Source: Gemmatimonadales bacterium (GTDB lineage Bacteria > Gemmatimonadota > Gemmatimonadetes > Gemmatimonadales > GWC2-71-9). Taken from it: DNA of 64,000 nt. Shown here piece after piece: positions 9,923 through 20,309 of the stretch. Within the stretch, counting starts at the first letter, position 1. Every line of letters begins with the position of its first letter. The stretch lies in contig JBFGJG010000008.1 of NCBI GenBank assembly GCA_041577295.1, positions 1-64,000 of the forward strand, in the 5' to 3' direction. The position numbers were made by a program, and so were the translations under genes. The notes beneath the pieces were generated by a model. The model was not told where the DNA came from and did not search any database. It saw only the letters and a list, made by a program, of their open reading frames with translations.

Positions 9923-11155
9923 TTGCCGACGCTCTCCTGGACGCACCGTACGACCACCGCGCAATTCGATATCGCCATCGTGGGCGGGGGCATCGTCGGC
10001 CTTGCTACGGCGCACGCGCTGATCGAACGCGGCCGCCGATCGGTTGTGGTCCTCGAAGCCACTCAGCGGCTCGCACCCCATCAGAGCAGCCACAACAGCG
10101 GCGTCATTCACTCCGGGCTGTATTACGCTCCCGGATCCCTCAAAGCACGAAGCTGCGTCGCGGGTCGCGACAGCTTGTATCGCTTCTGTGAACGGGAGGG
10201 TATTCCTCATCGACAGTGTGGCAAGCTGGTGCTGGCGAAAACCGAGACGGAGATACCGGTCCTGGACGAACTGGAGCGACGCGGACGGGCGAACGGACTC
10301 CAGGGAATCACGCGGCTCGCGCCGGACGACATCAGGGAAATCGAACCGTTTGCCGTCGGCATCGCGGGGCTGTGGGTTGCAGAAACCGGTGTCGTCGACT
10401 TTGCCCAAGTCACGCGGGCATTGGCCCGTCGGTTCGAGGAGGCGGGCGGAAAGATTTGGCTGGGCGCCAGAGTGCTCGGGACAGGCAACCTCCCCTCCGG
10501 GCTCACCGTATATACGGCCCGCGGCGAGCTGGGGGCGCGCACGCTGATCAACTGCGCCGGATTGCAGGCGGACCGCGTTGCGCGGGCGTGCGGGGTGCGG
10601 CCGGATGTCGCGATCGTGCCTTTCCGAGGCGATTACTACGAGCTCGTCCCCGACCGACGCGATCTCGTACGGACGCTGATCTACCCCGTACCGCACCCCA
10701 CTCTGCCCTTTCTCGGTGTCCACCTGACTCGGACGATCGACGGCCGAGTGGAGGCCGGCCCAAACGCGATCCTCTCGCTTCACCGCGAAGGATACGGGCG
10801 ATTCAGTATCTCGCCGCGCGATGCGTTGGGCATGGCGACCTATCCCGGATTCTGGCGCTTGGCTAAGCGCTGGTGGCGAGTTGGTGTTGATGAGTTCACC
10901 AGGTCTCTCCGCCCAGAACGCTTTGCCGCCGCGGTGCGCGCGCTCGTCCCGCACATCGACGGGCGTGACCTTCGTTCAGGACGTTCGGGTGTACGTGCGC
11001 AAGCCGTGGATCGACAGGGCCGGTTGCTGGACGATTTCCACGTGCTCGAGGACGACCGGACGATTCACGTGCTCAACGCCCCGTCCCCCGCGGCCACTGC
11101 CTGTCTCAGTATTGGCGCGAGCCTGGCAGCGATGGTCGAGGCACGCTTGTCGTGA
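9923..11155 (+). CDS. lhgO: L-2-hydroxyglutarate oxidase
   Basis: GGGIVG FAD motif, HQSSHNSGVIHSGLYYAPGSLKA, PFLGVHLT, GPNA, GVRAQA, HVLNAPSPAATA. Confidence 0.92.
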   Translation: MPTLSWTHRTTTAQFDIAIVGGGIVGLATAHALIERGRRSVVVLEATQRLAPHQSSHNSGVIHSGLYYAPGSLKARSCVAGRDSLYRFCEREGIPHRQCGKLVLAKTETEIPVLDELERRGRANGLQGITRLAPDDIREIEPFAVGIAGLWVAETGVVDFAQVTRALARRFEEAGGKIWLGARVLGTGNLPSGLTVYTARGELGARTLINCAGLQADRVARACGVRPDVAIVPFRGDYYELVPDRRDLVRTLIYPVPHPTLPFLGVHLTRTIDGRVEAGPNAILSLHREGYGRFSISPRDALGMATYPGFWRLAKRWWRVGVDEFTRSLRPERFAAAVRALVPHIDGRDLRSGRSGVRAQAVDRQGRLLDDFHVLEDDRTIHVLNAPSPAATACLSIGASLAAMVEARLS

Positions 11156-11178
11156 AAGCGCGACGCGACGGAACGGCA

Positions 11179-11203
11179 GAGCCCTGGGAACGACCCAGGG
11201 CTC
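11179..11203. terminator. 10-bp hairpin between convergent genes
   Basis: GAGCCCTGGG-AACGA-CCCAGGGCTC; no clear U tract. Confidence 0.45.
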
Positions 11204-11233
11204 GGTATGCAACGCTTCTCCGAGGGGCGGGCG

Positions 11234-13912
11234 CTAGTCTACGGCCGCCTCCAACGCTGCGCCATCCGCCCCTGCGGCGCGGTCCTCGATCCCCGTAGCC
11301 GACCGGAACCGGTCGGTGACGTCGCGTTCCTCCTGTAGGGACTCGATGGCCCCCTCCGCTTGCTTGATCAACGACCGCAGCGCGCCGGCCTTTGCGACGG
11401 CGTGGTCGACAAGGACCTTTTGACCCTGCAGTGATTCCACGGTCGAACGCACGTCGATGAGCAGGGCTTCTGCTCTGGCCAGTCGCTCCTCGGCCTCGCT
11501 CATCTGCCGCTTGCGCTCGTCGAGATCCCGCGAGGCTTGCTCCACGCTGCGGACGCGTCCCAGCAGATCGTCCATCTGGGCCTTCGCGTCGGCTACTTGG
11601 CCGTGGGCGGCCGTCACGGCTCGTACATCTTCCGCGGTTCGTTCCGCCACCGTGGCCATCCGATCGATGTCGGCCTGTAGCGCGTCCACGGTCTTTTGCC
11701 GTGCTGCAATGTGTTCCAGCGCCCGTTGAATCTCGTGCTCCGCTTGTTTCCAATCGGTCAGGCGAGCCTCGAACTCATCGAGCCGCTGCTCGATCTTGGC
11801 CAATCCCTCCGACCGATCTTCGAGGCGTGACGAAGCCGCACCGAGGTCCGCCGCTTGCTGCTCGGCTGCAGCCAGCGCTGCGGACAGCTCCTTGGTGCGC
11901 TCGCCAAGCTGCTGCGCGGCCTCGGCGGCTTCCCGGCGCAGGCTCGACGCCTTTTCGAGGTGCTGTGTGGCTTCCTCGATCGCGTGCTGCCGCTGATCCA
12001 ACTCCTGGCGCAGGCTCTGCATGCGATCGGAAAGCGTCTCGAGCCGCTCGCAACGTCCCTCGACGGACTGGAGTCGCTTGGCGACATCTTCCACGCCTCG
12101 CTGCGACTCTTCGACGGACATCGCGGTCGTCGCAATCGTGTTAGCGACACGTTCCGCCTCGTTCGACTGCCGGAGCAGCGATGCGAACCGCTCCTCGGAC
12201 TCGTCCAATCGTGCCCGCAGGCCCTGGGAGCGCTCGTCCAAGGTGCCACCCAACTTGGTAAGCTCGGCGAGCCGGGTTTGCATTTCCGTGACGGCTTCTC
12301 GCCGCGCTTCGATCGCCGACATCGACTCGTTAATCCGCTGCAGCTGCTTCTCCATGAGGTCGACCGTGGGGCGGGTCTTCTGCAAGCCGCTCACCTGCTG
12401 TCGCAGCGTTCCAAGCGATTCCTGCACATCGCCCAACCACTTCTGCGTCTCACTCTGGCTTTCTCGCATCCGCGAGATCTCGCTCTGCCCGCGTTGTACT
12501 TCATCGAGCGCATCCTTGATGATCGCGTGGCTGCGTCCCAGGTGCTCCACGTCCTTGAGGGCAGCTTCCATGGCAGGACGTGCTTCGTCGATGCGTTCCA
12601 TGCGTCCCCGCACCTCACCAGCCACCCGCTGCACCTCTTCGAGCTCCCGTCGCAGAGCTTGGGCCCGCCGGCTCTCGTCGGAGAGGCCCTGAATGCTCGC
12701 GGTGAGATCGTCGAGCCGGGTAGTCAGCTCCTCGGCGCGACCCCGCGTGGCTTCGACGGCCTGACTGGTATCGTGCACGGTCTTGAAGCGGGTCTCGAGC
12801 TCGGCCAGCGTCCCACGGAGATCCACAATCCGCTGATTCACGGCCTCGAGGCCGCCCTGCTCGAATTCGAACCGCTCGATGGTCTTGTTCATCTCCTCCT
12901 GCACTCCAGCCAGCCGCTTTTGCGACGTGCCCAACGTGTCTTCGAGCTGTCGCTGCTGCTCGGAGATCTCGCCGGACCGCTCCACGACCTGGGCGTGCTC
13001 GCTCCGCAGCGCCTCCACACGCCGGTGCATGTCATCGAGCGCCTTGGCCTGCTGCTCCTGTTGCTTCGCACCGTGCTCGATCTGGCGTGTGACCTTATCG
13101 AGGTCTTCAGCGCGCGCGAGCGCACGGTCGACCGCTTCGCGATGCTCCTCGAGCTCGGTCACCTTTTGCTTCACGTAGTCGGCTAGCGCCTTGAGCGTTC
13201 CCAACTCGCGCTTTGTCTCCCGTGCCTCCTCAGTAATCTCGGTGAACATGCGTAGGTCGGCGTCCAGCTTACCCATGCGCTCCTCGGCGTCCTTGAGATA
13301 CCGGGCGACCGCCTGCCGCTGTTTGTCAAACACCTGCATCTTGCCCGCAGCTTCTTCGTGGGATTGCAGGATCTCTTCATTCCGGCCCCGCATCCGCGTC
13401 ACTTCGTCTCCCAGGGTGCGGACCTGACCGGAGATCTTATCGACATCTGACTTGAGATTGGTGAACGGGTCTTCGAGCGTAAGGAATTGCCCGAGCTCTT
13501 CCTTGAGACACATCGCCAGGTCGACCTTGTGCGCGAGCTCCTCCATTTGCCCCTGAACGCGCTGCGCATCCTCCGCAGAGTGCGCCACCTTCTTCTCCGT
13601 GCGCCGGTGCGTCTTTTCCAGCTCGTCCGCCCCGTCGATTAGCTGCTGTAACTGCGGTGCGAATTGTTGGAAGGCGTTGAGTCGCTCCTCGATTGCCTCG
13701 ATGCGCGACACCGCTGCGGACACCTTTTTTTCTGCTGCGTCGATCGGCCCGGTCAGCTGTTGGAGCTGTCCGGCAGAGCCATTCGCTTTGCCTATGAGCG
13801 CTTCAAAACGATTCCGCTCATCTTGCATCTGTTTGAGAATCGCTTTGAGCGCTTCCGGAAGCTCTTCCAACTTCGAGCCGTTACCAAGCAGCGACTTGAG
13901 GAACGGGGCCAT
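11234..13912 (-). CDS. Long all-coiled-coil protein (about 892 aa)
   Basis: Continuous heptad-rich E/Q/R/L/A sequence; no Walker motifs or TM segment; ATG at 13912 with GGAGG RBS. Confidence 0.85.
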   Translation of the reverse strand: MAPFLKSLLGNGSKLEELPEALKAILKQMQDERNRFEALIGKANGSAGQLQQLTGPIDAAEKKVSAAVSRIEAIEERLNAFQQFAPQLQQLIDGADELEKTHRRTEKKVAHSAEDAQRVQGQMEELAHKVDLAMCLKEELGQFLTLEDPFTNLKSDVDKISGQVRTLGDEVTRMRGRNEEILQSHEEAAGKMQVFDKQRQAVARYLKDAEERMGKLDADLRMFTEITEEARETKRELGTLKALADYVKQKVTELEEHREAVDRALARAEDLDKVTRQIEHGAKQQEQQAKALDDMHRRVEALRSEHAQVVERSGEISEQQRQLEDTLGTSQKRLAGVQEEMNKTIERFEFEQGGLEAVNQRIVDLRGTLAELETRFKTVHDTSQAVEATRGRAEELTTRLDDLTASIQGLSDESRRAQALRRELEEVQRVAGEVRGRMERIDEARPAMEAALKDVEHLGRSHAIIKDALDEVQRGQSEISRMRESQSETQKWLGDVQESLGTLRQQVSGLQKTRPTVDLMEKQLQRINESMSAIEARREAVTEMQTRLAELTKLGGTLDERSQGLRARLDESEERFASLLRQSNEAERVANTIATTAMSVEESQRGVEDVAKRLQSVEGRCERLETLSDRMQSLRQELDQRQHAIEEATQHLEKASSLRREAAEAAQQLGERTKELSAALAAAEQQAADLGAASSRLEDRSEGLAKIEQRLDEFEARLTDWKQAEHEIQRALEHIAARQKTVDALQADIDRMATVAERTAEDVRAVTAAHGQVADAKAQMDDLLGRVRSVEQASRDLDERKRQMSEAEERLARAEALLIDVRSTVESLQGQKVLVDHAVAKAGALRSLIKQAEGAIESLQEERDVTDRFRSATGIEDRAAGADGAALEAAVD

Positions 13913-14024
13913 CGACGGGTCCTCCTCCAAACAACGTCAAGTGATATGATCCACGTGCTGGCCGACCGGGTGGGCCCTGATGAAGATCGAGGTACATCCC
14001 ACGGACGACTCCGGTTGCGATGTC

Positions 14025-14038
14025 GCAAAGGACGGGCC
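14025..14038 (-). promoter_or_regulatory. Sigma54-like promoter of the coiled-coil gene
   Basis: Minus strand cGGCCCGTCCTTTGCg (GG-N10-GC with TT before GC). Confidence 0.55.
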
Positions 14039-14314
14039 GGAGCGCTCTCACCAGAAAAGGCAATGGCAGTACGACACTTACGTGATCTCGCACCGCTCGG
14101 AACGCCTGGCTGAACCGGCGTGATGCACCAGCACGCGCAGAATGCGGCGCGGTCCGGCTCCGGCCACCCGTGCACGATGTGATGAGACCGCTTGGGCTGT
14201 TGTGAGAAACGGCACATTCGTTCCACGGGCGTCGCCTCTCCCGCTTCCGGGCCCAATTGCGCCCCGCCGCGGCCAGCATAGAATCATGGATCGTGCAACT
14301 TCCTTGGAGGGCCT

Positions 14315-14944
14315 ATGCAGACCGTTTGGCGTGGCTGGGCGGTGCTCGTGGGCCTCGTTGCCGCCGCGGCGTGTCAACCGCGACAACAGACCGAGCAACC
14401 GACCCGCCAAGAAGGACCGTCCGCGTCAGCGCAACAGACCATGGGCGCGAACGTGATCAGCAAACCCACCACAGCAGAAGAAAAGATCGGCAACGCGATG
14501 GCCGCGGCACCCCGCGCGATTGCGACCGGAGCGGCCGTTGTCGATTGGCCCGCGACATCCGGCGCCACACCGACAGTGCTGCGTCAAGGATCCAACGGCT
14601 GGACGTGCTTTCCCGATTGGCCTGTGTCGCCGGATGTCGATCCGAGCTGTTACGATCGCATGGGCATGAAGTTCATGGAGGGATACCTCAGCGGTACCAC
14701 GCCGAGGCTCCAGACCGCGGGTATCGGTTACATGCTCGCAGGAGGAAGTGAGGCGAGCAACACGGATCCCTTCGCAACGCAACCGGCGCCGGGGCAGAGC
14801 TGGATGCGGACTCCCCCACACATCATGCTCTTCCCGTCCGGACCGCTCGACACGATTGCGTACCCTCGAGATCCGGGACGCGGGGGACCGTGGATCATGT
14901 TCCCAGGCACGGCCTACGAACATCTCATGATCCCGATTAGGTAA
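14315..14944 (+). CDS. Hypothetical lipoprotein
   Basis: GGAGG RBS, lipobox AAAC, NGWTC, PPHIML, GPWIMFPGTAYEHLMIP. Confidence 0.8.
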   Translation: MQTVWRGWAVLVGLVAAAACQPRQQTEQPTRQEGPSASAQQTMGANVISKPTTAEEKIGNAMAAAPRAIATGAAVVDWPATSGATPTVLRQGSNGWTCFPDWPVSPDVDPSCYDRMGMKFMEGYLSGTTPRLQTAGIGYMLAGGSEASNTDPFATQPAPGQSWMRTPPHIMLFPSGPLDTIAYPRDPGRGGPWIMFPGTAYEHLMIPIR

Positions 14945-14945
14945 G

Positions 14946-14991
14946 GAAGGCATAGGGGAGTGGGGCGTGGAACCCACTCCCCTATGCCTTC
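14946..14991. repeat. Perfect 19-bp inverted repeat followed by degenerate short tandem repeats
   Basis: GAAGGCATAGGGGAGTGGG-N8-CCCACTCCCCTATGCCTTC. Confidence 0.85.
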
Positions 14992-15084
14992 TATCGTTCT
15001 ATCAACTATCCTGCCTATCCCGCCCATACCGCCTACCGGTTAGCATACCCCAACACCTGGTCCGCACTGCTCTCGGAGGAGCGC

Positions 15085-16641
15085 ATGAAACGGTTCGTCG
15101 TTCGACTGATATGCATGCTTGTGTTCGCCAGCGGGATAGCGACCGAAGGTATCGCGCAGACGTTTCGAACCGACGATACCCTCATCCGCCAGATGTGGGT
15201 GGAGGGCATGGAGCGATCGCAGACGCGACGTCTCGCGCAGGTTCTCACCGACTCGATCGGGCCACGACTCTCCGGAACGCCCAACTTTGACGCGGCCGTG
15301 GAATGGCTGCTCGGGACATATGCGGGCTGGGGAATCGAGGCGCGTCGCGAGCAGTACGGTACGTGGCGGGGATGGCAGCAGGGCGTGCTTCACATTGATC
15401 TCCTCGCGCCGCGTGTCCAGACGCTCGAGGCCAAGCTATTGGCCTGGAGCCCCGGCACGGGTGGTCAGGTGGAGGGCGAGGTCGTCGCGATACCCGAGTT
15501 CACGTCGCCCGCGGAAGCGCAATCATGGCTCCCGAGCGCCCGCGGCAAATTCGTCCTGGCGTCCCCGCCGGAGAGCTCGTGCCGTGAACCCCAAGCACTC
15601 GAGCGTCTCGCGACCAAGGAGACCTACGAGCGCATGAGAAGCGAGCGGGACGCAACTCGCGCGTCTTGGGGCAGGCGGTACGAGGCATTGGGCGGCTTCC
15701 GCCGGTCACATTCGCGCTTGGAAGATGCAGGTGCCCTCGGCATCCTGACGTCCCGCTGGTCGGAGGGCTGGGGGGTCAACAAGATCTTCGAAAGTGTCAC
15801 CGAGCGCGCCGTCTCGATCGACCTCAGCTGTGAGGATTATGGGCTGCTCTATCGGTTGGCAACGAACGAACAGGGTCCGCGAGTCCGGGTCGACGCCGAA
15901 GCCGAGGACCTCGGGACGGTGCCGATGTACAACGTGCTGGCCGAGCTCCCTGGAACCGAGCGACCGAATGAATATGTCATGCTATCGGCTCACCTCGATT
16001 CGTGGCATGGTGCCACAGGGACCACCGACAACGCCACCGGCACCGTGACGATGCTCGAGGCCATGCGCATCCTCAAGGCGACCTATCCCAGACCAAAACG
16101 CACCATACTCGTTGGTCACTGGGGAGGTGAGGAGCAGGGTCTCATCGGCTCCCGGGCGTTCACCGAGGATCATCCGGAGATCGTGGCAAACCTCCAGGTC
16201 CTGTTCAACCAGGACAACGGAACCTGGCGGGTTGAGTACATCCAAACCCAGGGATTGCTAGGAGCGTCGGGACACTTGGCAAACTGGGTGGCCCAACTGC
16301 CCACTGAGATCTCGCAACACATCAAACTGGACTTCCCAGGTCCCCAGGAGCTTGGTGGCAGCGACCACGTCTCGTTTCTCTGCCACGGCGCTCCCGGTTT
16401 TCGCCTGCAATCGCATTACCCAGACTACCGCCAGTACACCTGGCACACCAACCGCGACACATTCGACAAGATCGTGTTCGACGATCTCATGAACAACGCG
16501 ACCCTGGCGGCCATGTTGGCGTACCTGGCCTCGGAGGATCCCGAACGTGTCCCACGCGACCGCGCGCTGCTCACTGACGATCGCACCGGGGCACGTCGAG
16601 GGTGGATGCGCTGCGGCACCGCCCGAAGAAGCGCACCCTAA
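15085..16641 (+). CDS. M28 family metallopeptidase (carboxypeptidase Q-like), secreted
   Basis: SAHLDSW, TDNATG, GEEQGLIGS, NQD, SDHVSF, WHTNRD. Confidence 0.92.
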   Translation: MKRFVVRLICMLVFASGIATEGIAQTFRTDDTLIRQMWVEGMERSQTRRLAQVLTDSIGPRLSGTPNFDAAVEWLLGTYAGWGIEARREQYGTWRGWQQGVLHIDLLAPRVQTLEAKLLAWSPGTGGQVEGEVVAIPEFTSPAEAQSWLPSARGKFVLASPPESSCREPQALERLATKETYERMRSERDATRASWGRRYEALGGFRRSHSRLEDAGALGILTSRWSEGWGVNKIFESVTERAVSIDLSCEDYGLLYRLATNEQGPRVRVDAEAEDLGTVPMYNVLAELPGTERPNEYVMLSAHLDSWHGATGTTDNATGTVTMLEAMRILKATYPRPKRTILVGHWGGEEQGLIGSRAFTEDHPEIVANLQVLFNQDNGTWRVEYIQTQGLLGASGHLANWVAQLPTEISQHIKLDFPGPQELGGSDHVSFLCHGAPGFRLQSHYPDYRQYTWHTNRDTFDKIVFDDLMNNATLAAMLAYLASEDPERVPRDRALLTDDRTGARRGWMRCGTARRSAP

Positions 16642-16693
16642 AGGAGTGCCGCACGTGTTGCATCCTCGCGCTTAGAGAGCGGGTGTCGCGCGG

Positions 16694-16885
16694 TTACGAC
16701 GAACCGTCCTGAGCGTCGTAAGGTCGCCGCGTTACGACGGGACCGCTCTCATTTCCATAGCGCGAAGTGCTTCTGTTGTTTCGAGTTCCTCTGCTGTGCC
16801 CGCCCAACGGTCAGCACGGCTTCGCGTGCGGACGGTGGCTGACGACGAGCGCCGTTCAGGCGCGTGTCATGGGTGTGCAACTTGC
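16694..16885 (+). promoter_or_regulatory. TTACGACG repeat sites plus a weak sigma54-like promoter
   Basis: TTACGACG at 16694, its reverse complement CGTCGTAA at 16714, TTACGACG at 16732; GGTGTGCAACTTGC at 16872-16885. Confidence 0.45.
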
Positions 16886-16944
16886 GTGACGTTGCGTTGA
16901 TCCACTTCCGAAGTTCGGTAGCGCCCCTCTGAGCGGAGGTTCAC

Positions 16945-18621
16945 GTGGTTCGACGCCGTCGGGCAGTTCCTCATAGTAGGGTCGTCGCCCGGACTGTAGG
17001 ATTACTTCTCGGCCTTGCCGCATGTTCTGACAACTTGAGTCCTCCCAGCCCGAACTTTAGTTCACACGACGGTGATGGAGTGGTGTTCGTCGGTTCGGGA
17101 GACATCTCCTCGTGTTCCAACAACAACGACGAAGCGACTGCCGGAATCCTCGACACGATCCCCGGCACCGTATTCACTACAGGCGATAATGCCTATGAGG
17201 ACGGCACGGCACAGCAGTTTGCCGACTGCTACGGCCCAACGTGGGGACGGCATCGAGATCGCACACGGCCGGTGCCGGGGAACCACGAATACAACACTCC
17301 CGGTGCCACGCCGTACTACGATTACTTCGGCGACGCTGCGGGGACTCGCGGCCAGGGATACTACAGCTACGACCTCGGGGACTGGCACATCATCGCACTG
17401 AACAGCGAGATTGGTGTGTGGGTGGGATCCCCACAGTACCGTTGGCTTGAAGCCGACCTCGCCGCAAACCCTTCCCACTGTACCCTCGCATACTGGCATC
17501 GGCCGCCATACAGCTCGGGATTCATCGCCGCGAGCTCGCGGGTGCGGGACTTCTTCCGGTTGCTCTATGACAACGGTGCCGACGTGGTACTGACCGGACA
17601 CGCCCATCTCTACGAACGGTTTGCGCCCCTCGCCGGCGACGGGACGCCCGACCCCGTCACGGGCATTCGCCTGTTTACAGTCGGGACCGGCGGCGCATCA
17701 CTGGGTACGATCCGTTCGACACCCGCCGCCAACAGCGTGGTGGTTAACAACACGACGTACGGCGTGTTGCTCATGACGCTGCGAGAAAGCGGCTATGACT
17801 GGGAGTTCGTTCCTACGGGAGGGAGTGGGTTCCGCGACTCCGGGACAGGCAACTGTCACGGGCTACCTGGTAGCACCGAGAACGCACCACCAGCGGCAAA
17901 TTTTTCCGTCACTTGCAGCGACCTCACGTGCGCGTTCACCGATCAGAGCACCGATAGCGACGGCTCCGTTAGTTCCTGGAGTTGGAACTTTGGCGACGGG
18001 GCGACATCCACCGCGCAGCATCCCAGTCGCATGTACAGTGACGCTGGAACCTACATGGTGACGCTCACCGTGACGGATGACGCCGGGGCAACGAACGCGC
18101 GCACGGCAGACGTCACGGTGACTACCGCATCGAATCAGCCACCTAGCGCAACCTTCGTGTTCAGCTGCAACGGGCTCACGTGCGACTTTACCGATCAGAG
18201 CAGGGACAGCGATGGGACCGTGACCGAGTGGAATTGGACGTTCGGCGACGGAGGAACCTCCACCTCGCAACACCCAACGAGAGCATATGCCTCCGCCGGC
18301 ACGTACACCGTGACACTCATCGTCACCGATGACAGCGGAGCAGTGGGTGAGGTGTCGCAGATGGTCAGCGTTACCGAACCATCGCAAACCATATCGCTCA
18401 CCACAGAGGTGGCTCGGTGGGGGTCGACCACCCGGGTAGTGCTCAGGTGGTCTGGGGCCACCGGGTCGTCACAGGACATTCTCCGGAATGGCACGAACCT
18501 CCGAACCGTGACGAACCGAACGTCATTCGTCGACACGAGCCCACCCTCGGGTGCGGTGACGTATCAAGTGTGCGAGCAGAACACGTCATCGTGCTCCAAC
18601 ACCGTGACGGTGCAACTGTGA
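16945..18621 (+). CDS. Lipoprotein metallophosphoesterase with two PKD domains
   Basis: LAAC lipobox; GDI, GDNAY, GNHEY, GHAH motifs; two WxWxFGDG...P...Y...GTYxVTL PKD repeats. Confidence 0.9.
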   Translation: MVRRRRAVPHSRVVARTVGLLLGLAACSDNLSPPSPNFSSHDGDGVVFVGSGDISSCSNNNDEATAGILDTIPGTVFTTGDNAYEDGTAQQFADCYGPTWGRHRDRTRPVPGNHEYNTPGATPYYDYFGDAAGTRGQGYYSYDLGDWHIIALNSEIGVWVGSPQYRWLEADLAANPSHCTLAYWHRPPYSSGFIAASSRVRDFFRLLYDNGADVVLTGHAHLYERFAPLAGDGTPDPVTGIRLFTVGTGGASLGTIRSTPAANSVVVNNTTYGVLLMTLRESGYDWEFVPTGGSGFRDSGTGNCHGLPGSTENAPPAANFSVTCSDLTCAFTDQSTDSDGSVSSWSWNFGDGATSTAQHPSRMYSDAGTYMVTLTVTDDAGATNARTADVTVTTASNQPPSATFVFSCNGLTCDFTDQSRDSDGTVTEWNWTFGDGGTSTSQHPTRAYASAGTYTVTLIVTDDSGAVGEVSQMVSVTEPSQTISLTTEVARWGSTTRVVLRWSGATGSSQDILRNGTNLRTVTNRTSFVDTSPPSGAVTYQVCEQNTSSCSNTVTVQL

Positions 18622-18636
18622 ATCGTTGAGGAGTGA

Positions 18637-18707
18637 GGGGTAAGGAGTCCGGAGTGGGCGGCGTCGTGGCCTTCGCCGCTGCGAGATACTCCGGATTCCT
18701 CACCCCA
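18637..18707. repeat. Imperfect 19-bp inverted repeat within heptamer-repeat flanks
   Basis: GGGGTAAGGAGTCCGGAGT ... ACTCCGGATTCCTCACCCC, with an inner GCGGCG/CGCCGC stem. Confidence 0.65.
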
Positions 18708-18864
18708 TGCTCCTTACTCCGTTACCCCTCGCCGCCTTCCCCCTTGACTTCAAGTAGGGTTGAGTTTGTACCGTAGCTGGTGGGGAGAACCACCGGTGCA
18801 CTTCGATGAACCTCATTCGGTGGCCGCTGCGCGCGGCTGGAACGAGCTCTGGGAGTAGTCGCCT

Positions 18865-19401
18865 ATGAGCGAGGTCCGCGTGCGCACGAAGCGTCTCCTC
18901 TTCCGACAGTGGCGTGACTCCGATTTCGAGCCGTTCGCGGCGTACTACGCGAACCCCGAGCTGGCGCGGTTTGTCGGTGGTCAGACTACTCGGGAGTCGG
19001 CCTGGCGGCGCATGGCGGCTCTGATCGGCCATTGGGTGCTTCGCGGATACGGCTATTGGGCCGTGGAGGAGCACGCCACGGGCCGCTTTGTGGGAGGTGT
19101 CGGATTGTGGAAATCAGAGGGTTGGCCGGAGCTCGAGCTCGGATACTGGCTCGTGCCTGAAATGCAGGGTCGAGGGTACGCGACGGAAGCCGCTCGGCGC
19201 GCGAGAGACTATGCGTTTGCTGAGGTCGGCGCGGACACCCTGGTGAGTTATATCGCCCCGGAGAACGAGCCGTCAAAGCGCGTCGCCGAACGGCTCGGTG
19301 CGCGCTACGAATCTATCATCGAGCTACTCGACTACGGCCCGCACTGTGTGTACCGCTACCCAAAACAATCGGCCCGGTGGGTCCTGGCCGGCTGGCGATG
19401 A
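18865..19401 (+). CDS. GNAT N-acetyltransferase, RimJ/RimL family
   Basis: TKRLLFRQW, GYGYWAV, ELGYWL...QGRGYATEAA, NEPSKRVAERLG. Confidence 0.92.
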   Translation: MSEVRVRTKRLLFRQWRDSDFEPFAAYYANPELARFVGGQTTRESAWRRMAALIGHWVLRGYGYWAVEEHATGRFVGGVGLWKSEGWPELELGYWLVPEMQGRGYATEAARRARDYAFAEVGADTLVSYIAPENEPSKRVAERLGARYESIIELLDYGPHCVYRYPKQSARWVLAGWR

Positions 19402-19785
19402 GCCACCCAGGGACTGATCGCGGCACACTCATCAGCGTCCATCCCATCCTACGCGTCCGCGACATCACTCGCGACGTTTCGTACTACGTCGACTGCCTCG
19501 GCTTTACGCTCGACTGGGAGTGGGGAGATCCAACCGCACGGGCCGGGCTGCGCTGCGACGATGTCGAGATTCACGTGGTCGCCGACGATCGGTTCGCACC
19601 GACCCACCCTTCCTATGTCTATGTCCTCGTAAAGAATGTGGATGCGTTGTACTCGGCATGCGTTGCGCGAGGTGCCGAGATCGTCATGCCTCTCGACGAC
19701 CGTCCGTTTTGGGGTCCGCGACTTTCGTGTGGTCGATCGCAGCGGGAACATGCTGGGTTTTGGCGAGCCCTTGACCACAATCTGA
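19398..19785 (+). pseudogene. VOC/glyoxalase/bleomycin-resistance family protein, frameshifted
   Basis: ATGA overlap with the GNAT stop. Removing one base in TTTTGGGG (19707-19714) restores DRPFGVRDFRVVDRSGNMLGFGE with TGA at 19783-19785. Confidence 0.75.
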
Positions 19786-19803
19786 ACACTCAAGGGAGCG
19801 GTA

Positions 19804-20309
19804 ATGCGGGGATGGACTTGGACGACGCAGGAGCGAGCGGCGGCGGCATCCTACCTGACGGAAGCACTCTCCGCCCAGAGATTCACGCCGCAACAGCATC
19901 GTTACCGCTTACCTAACATCAACGGGATCGTGGAGCTGCTCCTCCCCCCCTATCGAGGGACCAATGTGTCCGTGGAGGTCCCCGCCACCACGACCACCAA
20001 CGAATACATCGTGGTCGGGGCGCACTACGACTCAGAGTTTCGGAGTCCGGGGGCGATCGACAACCGTCTGGGGTTGCAGTGGTTTTCGGTGTGGCACTCG
20101 AGGTCAACCGCCTGGCCTCGCGTGCACGCAACTTCCTTTTCGTCTTCTTCGATCAGGAAGAGGATGACGAAGTCGGCAGTCGGGCGTTTGTTCGGTACTT
20201 GGAGAACAAAAGATACGAGGTCCACTCCGTGCACGTGGTGGACCTCGCGCACTTCCGCTCAATGACTCAGCTCGTGTCGACCGTGATGAAGCGTCTGGCG
20301 CTCCCGTGA
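19804..20309 (+). pseudogene. M28 peptidase fragment, frameshifted and truncated
   Basis: VVGAHYDS...PGAIDN, then one base missing at about 20065, continuing SGVAVV...FFDQEE...GSRAF; much shorter than a full M28 domain. Confidence 0.75.

Noticed and set aside
9776..10954. Long antisense or alternate-frame ORFs (also 11855-13186, 33265-34626, 45071-46417, 51409-52488, 61818-62825)
   Set aside because: They are shadows of well-supported genes in high-GC DNA and carry no recognisable motifs.
995..11155. Hydroxyproline catabolic cluster (dehydratase plus lhgO)
   Set aside because: The genes are about 8 kb apart with unrelated genes between, and no epimerase or reductase partner is present.
11234..13912. 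SMC/SbcC/Wadjet ATPase or phage tape measure protein
   Set aside because: No Walker or signature motifs, and no partner or phage genes nearby.
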